Below are positions 63,431 through 64,000 of a stretch of 64,000 nt of DNA, one piece after another. The position numbers and the translations under genes are program-made. Source of the stretch: Squalus acanthias (taxonomy: Eukaryota); assembly GCA_030390025.1 (NCBI GenBank), contig CM059431.1, positions 117,182,001 through 117,246,000 of the forward strand, given 5' to 3'. How positions within the stretch are numbered: the first letter of the stretch is position 1; every line of letters starts with the position of its first letter. Below the pieces are notes generated by a model. It searched no databases and had not been told where the DNA came from. It saw nothing but the letters and a program-made list of their open reading frames with translations.

Positions 63431-64000
63431 ATGTTTGTTCTTCCTAGAGAATGCTGTATAGGGACCCTAAAAAGCCCCAGAATTGTAATTAAAATTTGAG
63501 GACTAAATGTAAATGAAACAAATGTTCTTAACAGTGCTGTCCATAGTGCCTAACCATGCCTAGTTGGAAGGCTCCTTTAAATAAACACGTTGCGAAGCTT
63601 TTGTGCATGTAGAGCACAGAATCGTGACTTTAACTGATTTTTAAATTTTAATATTTTTGCCATTAAAAATATAGAAAATGGAGGAACAAAATATTATCAT
63701 AAGCTTACGATGCCCATTGATTGGTAAAGCATTCTTCATTTGTGATAAATGACATGCATCGAGCGATTCTGTAACAAACTCAACAGATTGGGCCCAGTGA
63801 TTTTTGTCTCTTTGTGTGTGTGTTTCAAGGTAAGAGGTGATGTGTTGGCGCAGGGATCATTTTTCACTTTGCCCCTACTGACAGCATTAAGTAGACTTCA
63901 AGGTCAGGTATGTGGGACGGCATATTTACAGTGCAAGAGGTGTCCCAACTTGCATGTGGTGGTGCAGATTAAGATTTTTTGTAATTTACAACAGAAAATA

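Overview
Eukaryotic, transposon-dense window with no complete host gene that I can recognise. The repeat set points to a cartilaginous fish (shark/ray); this is an inference from the HE1/V-SINE-like and Deu-domain SINEs, abundant CR1 and L2 LINEs and convergent two-gene Harbinger elements. Main contents: (i) a very young Penelope-like element (GIY-YIG, Neptune-type Cys linker) at 8112-10133 with a ~650-bp inverted duplication, a 35-nt tail, a 12-bp TSD and two minimal hammerhead ribozyme motifs, plus a second PLE-derived family with the same architecture in miniature; (ii) five or more PIF/Harbinger relics (DDE transposase plus spliced Myb/SANT-like gene) and many Harbinger MITEs sharing a GGGNNRRAWTT terminus; (iii) a nested stack at 34.6-42.2 kb in which a CR1 contains a Harbinger that contains a Vingi-like LINE and a 1.6-kb solo LTR with a 4-bp TSD; (iv) several CR1 copies, one keeping its SGNH-esterase ORF1; (v) weak candidates for minus-strand host exons (15.8-17.4 kb) and RFX/ETS-type promoter motifs. 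All family assignments come from motifs recognised by eye; no database search was run.
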